Translations under genes and position numbers: made by a program
Source: an uncultured bacterium
Lineage (GTDB): Bacteria; Patescibacteriota; Minisyncoccia; Phycocordibacterales; GWA1-40-21
DNA: 32,142 nt
Assembly (NCBI GenBank): GCA_903832855.1
Contig: CAILDB010000006.1
Span: 1 to 32,142, forward strand
Direction of reading: 5' to 3'
Notes under the pieces: generated by a model
Told to the model about the DNA's origin: nothing
What the model saw: only the letters and a program-made list of their open reading frames with translations
The model's database searches: none
In this document: one piece after another, positions 27,204 through 32,142 of the stretch
Layout: every line of letters starts with the position of its first letter
How positions within the stretch are numbered: position 1 is the stretch's first letter

Positions 27204-27284
27204 GGGCGAGTGGTGAAATGGTAGACACGCATGCCTTAGGAGCATGTCCCGCAAGGGATGGAGGTTCAAGTCCTCTCTCGCCCA
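27204..27284 (+). tRNA. tRNA-Leu(TAG)
   Basis: CATGC-CTTAGGA-GCATG, variable arm. Confidence 0.94.
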
Positions 27285-27460
27285 CTGAAAAACTTAAACA
27301 AAATGCGATTGAGCATTTTGTTTTTTGTTTTTGGAGCGAGAGAGGACTTGAAAGACGGAAGCAAATTTTTCAGCAGAAAAATTTGCTGAGTCGGGGTCGC
27401 GGAAATTTGCGAGTGGCGACGAGAAAATTATCTGTGACCAAGTCCTCTCCCCTCGCCCAC
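27285..27460 (+). repeat. tRNA-3'-attached structured repeat element
   Basis: Inverted tRNA end (GAGCGAGAGAGGACTTGAA), shared modules, then direct tRNA-end copy AAGTCCTCTCCCCTCGCCCAC. Confidence 0.75.
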
Positions 27461-27595
27461 AAAATTCCCTTATTTATAGCCATATATTAGCAGATGGTCT
27501 TTTTTGCTTGACTTTTAGAGTGAAAGGTGCTATCATTGTATTGTGTTCTTTTGAAATGAATTTACGTCCGAAACCAAGGCAAAAGGAGAAAAAAC

Positions 27596-27760
27596 ATGGG
27601 TTGCAAAAGCAAACGGAACAGCGACGATCGTAAGTTGAAGGGAATGGACACAAAGCGCCAAAAACGGACCCGCAAATGGGTCTTCTACGGTCTAGCGTTC
27701 GTGATTCTTGTCATCATCGCCGCTCTTGGATGCGCCGATATCCGGCTAACGAAATTCTAA
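27596..27760 (+). CDS. 54-aa basic single-TM small protein
   Basis: MGCKSKRNSDDRKLKGMDTKRQKRTRKWVFYGLAFVILVIIAALGCADIRLTKF*; promoter TTGACT-17-TATCAT (27508-27536), SD AAGGAG, terminator. Confidence 0.75.
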   Translation: MGCKSKRNSDDRKLKGMDTKRQKRTRKWVFYGLAFVILVIIAALGCADIRLTKF

Positions 27761-27770
27761 ATCGACAACA

Positions 27771-27810
27771 AAAATGGCCCGCACCTTCCTAGGTGCGGGC
27801 CATGTTTTTT
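27771..27810. terminator. Likely bidirectional terminator
   Basis: ATGGCCCGCACCT-TCCT-AGGTGCGGGCCAT with A and T runs on both sides. Confidence 0.8.
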
Positions 27811-27830
27811 TCTTTTTTAAAACTTCCCCA

Positions 27831-30113
27831 CTACACTATCTCGCACACCCCACCTACGCAAGCCAATTCTTTTTTTGCATCACTATTATCTTGTTTTTCA
27901 TAAGTCATAATTTTTGAGAAATCAATTGTTCCAAGTTTTTTTACAAGTTCGTTATATTTTTCTTCATTTATCTCCTCATAAGGAGCAAGCTGATAGACAT
28001 GGTCATTGCGAGGCAGAAATGCTAGCCCACCAATAATATCCCAATTATTGAAAACCCAATTTGCCACTTCTATCCATTCATTTTCTCCGACATAAACCGT
28101 GATTGAAGGATTGTGTTCGGTATAATGAATTTTTACTGTCTTCCAATATTCAAGTTGTTCAATCGCAGTCAAATCATTCTTGAAAACGGAATTCTTTGGT
28201 GCCTTGATAGGAAATTCAAAAACAAAAGTTGTAGCATTTTCTTTTGACTGCCCTACTTCCGGAAGATAAGGAACTCCTTGATCTCGCAACATTTTAAATA
28301 ATGAATCGGTGCCAGTAATTCTAATTCTTCTGATATAGAATGGAGCATATCTCGGATGCATTCCGGAGGCACAGTCCACTGTTTGCGAGACAGTTCCCGA
28401 TGGCTTTACTGATGTCGCACAAGTAGAAGGATTTATTTTAAATCTTTTTGCGTAAGTTTCATTTGTTTTCAAAACCTCTTTTCTCATTTTGTCCAAAACT
28501 TTTGCATCACGAACAGCCGGACAATCCCATTGACCCGTAATAGAAACGCCAAGTAATCTTTCTTTTTCACAATTAGCTTTCCATTCTTTTGATAAATAAT
28601 CAAATTTAGTCAGAGTCGCTTGATATGTTCCCAAAATTGTTGCGAGTTTAATTTTTCTCAATAAACTTTTTTCATCATCTTCTGATCTCGCGACCACTTC
28701 TGAAAGATTACAAAACTGTTTTGATTGCAAAATAACTTCTCCACAAGGATTTGAACCGAGGTTACCTACATATCCTCCCAAAACTTTAATTCTTCTTTCC
28801 GGCAAAGTCTTCAAAAGTCCACTCCTGTTAAAAATACCTCTTTCTCCCGAACCGCTTTTCATTAGAGCCACCCATTCGTCCATAAATTCTGCAGAAGTTG
28901 GTTTAGTCAGATAAACTGCAGAGTTATTGGCAATGCTTCTCTGTGGTTCGGTGATATAAAACTGACCTTTTTTGGCATCTCTCATTGCATCATCATCTAA
29001 ATCTGAGAGAGAAATAAGCGCGCTTCTTCTGACGCCTCCGGAAACTACACAATCTCCAATACAACAGACAATATCGTGCACATCTATGTTTGTAAGTCTC
29101 TTTCCCTGCCTTGATAAAACTTTCTTTTTGGCAATAGCAAGCAATCTGACAAGAGGATCAGGTCCTGATGATTTTCCTCCCATTGTTTTAAGTCGAGCAC
29201 CTGCAGGTCGAAGTTGTGAAATATCAAAATCAACATCATTTCCGTCATACCAAGTCTTCAATCCAAAAGTTAATGCATCTGCCCAACCTTCTTTACTATC
29301 CGGCACAACAAAAGTTGGTATTTTTTTCCCACTTTGAAATTTTATTTGTGGAAGTGATTGCGCATTTTGACTTTCAACAGAAAATCCTACTCCGGTTCCA
29401 CTCATTGATAAATACATTATCTCCGCAAAGTCCTGAAGACAAGATGGCGCGATAAAAGAACAATTGTAAGCGCAAACATTTGATCTCTCAACAGCAGGAC
29501 CTGCAAATTGCAAGAGTCGCATAGAAGGCATAATTTCTTGTTTCAAAATCGCTTCTCTAATTTCTTTGTACTCGGAATCTTTTAATGACTTCCCGAGTTT
29601 ACCTTTCATAAAATTAATATATCTGTCCACTGTCTCTATCCATGTCTCTCTTCTGCTTTCTTCTTCTATCCATTTTGAATAGGTTCTGTAATAAACAAAT
29701 TCACCAAGTTGATTTTTGAAATATTTTTTACTTTCTTTTTCTAAATCCTTAACTTTCTGAGGAACACTTACGCCGATTTCTCTTAATTTATTTCTTTCCT
29801 GTCTGTAAATAATGTATTCCTTTGCAGTCTTTACATATTCGCTTAAAATAAGCTCTTTTTCGACAATATCTTGGATACCTTCAACTGTGGGAATGAAGTC
29901 TTTGAATTTTTTTACAATACGAATAAGCTCTGCGAGAACTTTATTTGCCACCATTTCTGCTTCATCATAACTTCCCTCACCGGTAACGGTCATCGCCTTG
30001 TTCACGGCTTCAGTAATTTTTCTAACGGTAAACGGAACAAGTTCACCTTCTCTCTTTCTTACAGTTTTTATAAACTTATTTCCGAAATTTTCTGTCTCTA
30101 CTGTTTTTACCAT
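27831..30113 (-). CDS. nrdJ: Adenosylcobalamin-dependent (class II) ribonucleotide reductase with N-terminal ATP cone
   Basis: VRKREGELVPF ATP cone, YNC, GGVRRSALI, NPCGE, VKPSGT, C-terminal CVGGVCEIV. Confidence 0.92.
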   Translation of the reverse strand: MVKTVETENFGNKFIKTVRKREGELVPFTVRKITEAVNKAMTVTGEGSYDEAEMVANKVLAELIRIVKKFKDFIPTVEGIQDIVEKELILSEYVKTAKEYIIYRQERNKLREIGVSVPQKVKDLEKESKKYFKNQLGEFVYYRTYSKWIEEESRRETWIETVDRYINFMKGKLGKSLKDSEYKEIREAILKQEIMPSMRLLQFAGPAVERSNVCAYNCSFIAPSCLQDFAEIMYLSMSGTGVGFSVESQNAQSLPQIKFQSGKKIPTFVVPDSKEGWADALTFGLKTWYDGNDVDFDISQLRPAGARLKTMGGKSSGPDPLVRLLAIAKKKVLSRQGKRLTNIDVHDIVCCIGDCVVSGGVRRSALISLSDLDDDAMRDAKKGQFYITEPQRSIANNSAVYLTKPTSAEFMDEWVALMKSGSGERGIFNRSGLLKTLPERRIKVLGGYVGNLGSNPCGEVILQSKQFCNLSEVVARSEDDEKSLLRKIKLATILGTYQATLTKFDYLSKEWKANCEKERLLGVSITGQWDCPAVRDAKVLDKMRKEVLKTNETYAKRFKINPSTCATSVKPSGTVSQTVDCASGMHPRYAPFYIRRIRITGTDSLFKMLRDQGVPYLPEVGQSKENATTFVFEFPIKAPKNSVFKNDLTAIEQLEYWKTVKIHYTEHNPSITVYVGENEWIEVANWVFNNWDIIGGLAFLPRNDHVYQLAPYEEINEEKYNELVKKLGTIDFSKIMTYEKQDNSDAKKELACVGGVCEIV

Positions 30114-30350
30114 GGCGATTAAAATTAATAACTAATAATATTAAATAGGTACTAATTTTACAACAGTTTTTAATTTAAAAAAAGCGAAATGCAAACTTTT
30201 TTGAAAGAGAAAAATGAAAAGTGGGAAGTGTAAAGGATAAATAATTTCTTGCCTAAAAAGTGACTAGTAATATAGCAAATCTAGGTACGATTTTAAGGTT
30301 TTTGAAAAGAGGCATTTTTTGTTTTTGCGGCAAAAACAAAAAATGCCTCT

Positions 30351-30896
30351 TTATTCTCCCAAATCTGCTTTATCGCCTACTTTTATCACATTCATATCCG
30401 CAAAACCTGCATTCACTTCCAAAACATATTTTGAAACAAACTCCTCACCAAAAATTTCTGGATATGTGCTCGTCGCCAAACTTCTTTCTACTCCAACCAC
30501 CTCCAAATTTTCATTTAAAAAAATAATATCAATCGGAAAATTCATATCCTTCATCCAAAATCCGTGGCTTCCTACTTCATTAAAAACAAAAAGCATACCT
30601 TTACCATTTTCCAAACCTGTCCTACCCGAAAGTCCGATCATCATTTCTTCCGGTTTACTTTTTTCCTCCACTAAAATAGTACTACTTGCAAAAAAAATAC
30701 TTTTCAAATTATTTTCTACGACAGTTTTATTACAAAAATCTTTTGGTACAATCCCAAGTAAATTAAAATTTGTCAGTATTCCTTTTTCTCCGCACAAAGT
30801 TTTATCTTTCTCATCAATTACGGTTTTTGAAAATAAAAATATAAAAACACAAAAAATAATTATTCCAAAAAATATTTTTGTCCCTTTCTTTTGCAT
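30351..30896 (-). CDS. DUF192 family protein
   Basis: GLSGR..GMLFVF..FWMKDMNFPIDIIFL..YVLEVNAG..IKVGD. Confidence 0.9.
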   Translation of the reverse strand: MQKKGTKIFFGIIIFCVFIFLFSKTVIDEKDKTLCGEKGILTNFNLLGIVPKDFCNKTVVENNLKSIFFASSTILVEEKSKPEEMMIGLSGRTGLENGKGMLFVFNEVGSHGFWMKDMNFPIDIIFLNENLEVVGVERSLATSTYPEIFGEEFVSKYVLEVNAGFADMNVIKVGDKADLGE

Positions 30897-30911
30897 AGTT
30901 TATATTATACC

Positions 30912-30942
30912 AAAAAGAAAAGCCGAGTGTATGTCCTCGGCT
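30912..30942 (-). terminator. Intrinsic terminator
   Basis: AGCCGAG-8nt-CTCGGCT then TTTCTTTTT. Confidence 0.7.
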
Positions 30943-30943
30943 T

Positions 30944-31285
30944 CTACTTCTTCATGTGTTTGAAAAAGCAAATTTCTTCTCCCCCTTCCACTTTTTTCGT
31001 GAAAACCACGACCGGAAGATTTTTGTACCAAAGATAGACATCCTTGGAATTTCTCGCCTCCTTAAGGCCGAGATCTTTGGCAAACCTTTCAGCATCAGGA
31101 AATGCCACTCCAGAAAAGAAAATTATTTTGATGCCCGAGCTGTCTTCCCTCAATACATTAATGGAAAACTCTCCATGAGCATACATCAAAACATAATCTT
31201 TTCCAGAAAGAACCTCAAGAAGGTTTTCCGTATTAATGGATACCGCACTCGTAGCAATACTACATACTTTATCAATTGTGCTCAT
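30944..31285 (-). CDS. Hypothetical protein
   Basis: SD GAAAGGAGG before ATG 31285; upstream TGCTATAAT; terminator follows. Confidence 0.75.
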   Translation of the reverse strand: MSTIDKVCSIATSAVSINTENLLEVLSGKDYVLMYAHGEFSINVLREDSSGIKIIFFSGVAFPDAERFAKDLGLKEARNSKDVYLWYKNLPVVVFTKKVEGGEEICFFKHMKK

Positions 31286-31401
31286 CTTGAGCCTCCTTTC
31301 TTTATATTTGAAAATTGTGTACTTCCAGTGGCTATTATAGCACAAAATCACCTAAAAAGCATTGTCTTATGGTCAAAATTAGTGTATCTTTTATGAAGCA
31401 C

Positions 31402-31488
31402 GGAGGGTTCGCATAGCGGTCGATTGCGCATGCTTGGAAAGCATGTAAGGTGTCAAAGCCTTCGAGGGTTCGAATCCCTCACCCTCCG
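31402..31488 (+). tRNA. tRNA-Ser(GGA)
   Basis: CATGC-TTGGAAA-GCATG, long variable arm, G73. Confidence 0.94.
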
Positions 31489-32142
31489 CATAATTTGGAA
31501 ATCGGATTCCGAAGCAGACAAGTGGTCGCGCCGAAGGCGCGACTGTTCCCGATTCCCCCCAAAAAAATCAGAATCCGAAAGGGTTTTCCACGCTCCGCGG
31601 GGCTCAAAAAGGAGCGTTCGATCTTTAATAAAAAAGTTCGAACCGACTTTTTGGAACAAATGAAGGTTTTCTTCATTTGTTCGTTCATTTGCCAATTCCA
31701 CATTGGTAATATTGGTTTTTAGGAATCTGTCCGTAAGTTCGAACCGATTATGAGATTTTTTCTCAAAAGCGGATAATTTCTCTTTGAGAAGCTGTTTTGA
31801 GTTAACCAGCTTGTTCTTAGACTCGCGATATTCTTCCAGTGATAAAGCGTTCTCTAGATACAAAGTCATCAGCTTCTCAATTTTAGAATCCAAAAGAGAA
31901 ATTTCCGCTTTTGTTGAATCTGAAAAAATCTCACTCGATTGGATTTCTGTTGATTGGTTTTTTTGATTTTCTTCAATCATCCATTTAGCCCAATCGAGAG
32001 GCAAAGAAACTTTTTTGATATTTTCCTTGATTTCAGAAGTGATGATTTCTTCACGAACATATTTTTGCAAACAAGGATTTTTCCTTTTGGTGCAACGGAG
32101 ATAATTGTGACCTTTTTGGGTTTCGGTAGTTATAAAACAACC
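31453..32142 (-). CDS. C-terminal part of a large serine recombinase (zinc ribbon plus coiled coil), 5' end outside the window
   Basis: Frame open from the edge: GCFITTETQKGHNYLRCTKRKNPCLQKYVREE, then a coiled coil; ends inside tRNA-Ser. Confidence 0.8.
   Translation of the reverse strand, partial: GCFITTETQKGHNYLRCTKRKNPCLQKYVREEIITSEIKENIKKVSLPLDWAKWMIEENQKNQSTEIQSSEIFSDSTKAEISLLDSKIEKLMTLYLENALSLEEYRESKNKLVNSKQLLKEKLSAFEKKSHNRFELTDRFLKTNITNVELANERTNEENLHLFQKVGSNFFIKDRTLLFEPRGAWKTLSDSDFFGGNREQSRLRRDHLSASESDFQIMRRVRDSNPRRL

Noticed and set aside
30120-30300. NrdR boxes or cobalamin riboswitch upstream of nrdJ
   Set aside because: No convincing tandem NrdR consensus or B12 box seen
1-32142. 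CRISPR array or rRNA
   Set aside because: No regularly spaced direct repeats, cas genes or rRNA sequence seen

Overview
AT-rich bacterial chromosomal segment with the hallmarks of a Patescibacteria/CPR (Parcubacteria-like) genome, inferred from the short ValRS and IF2, a class II RNR, tRNAs without encoded CCA and apparently leaderless housekeeping genes. Core genes: ZIP transporter, tsaD, valS, PrsW-family protease, Hsp20, glutaredoxin, ftsB-like, lepA, alr, clpB, iscS, infB, rbfA, nrdJ and nine tRNAs. Highlights: (1) a radical SAM/SPASM enzyme with a C-terminal RRE-like domain, followed by an unannotated 57-aa Cys-rich peptide (CxxCxxCxxCxxxxC) and an HExxH peptidase, a candidate RiPP system; (2) tRNA-Phe(GAA) split by a 232-nt group I intron after U33, next to a LAGLIDADG-like gene; (3) palindromic repeats inserted in-frame inside tsaD, alr and iscS; (4) a duplicated lepA N-terminus plus a MITE with a 5-bp target duplication; (5) a modular structured repeat attached to tRNA 3' ends; (6) several orphan structured RNA candidates; (7) a large serine recombinase ending in tRNA-Ser at the right edge. 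All calls were made by eye; no database searches were run.
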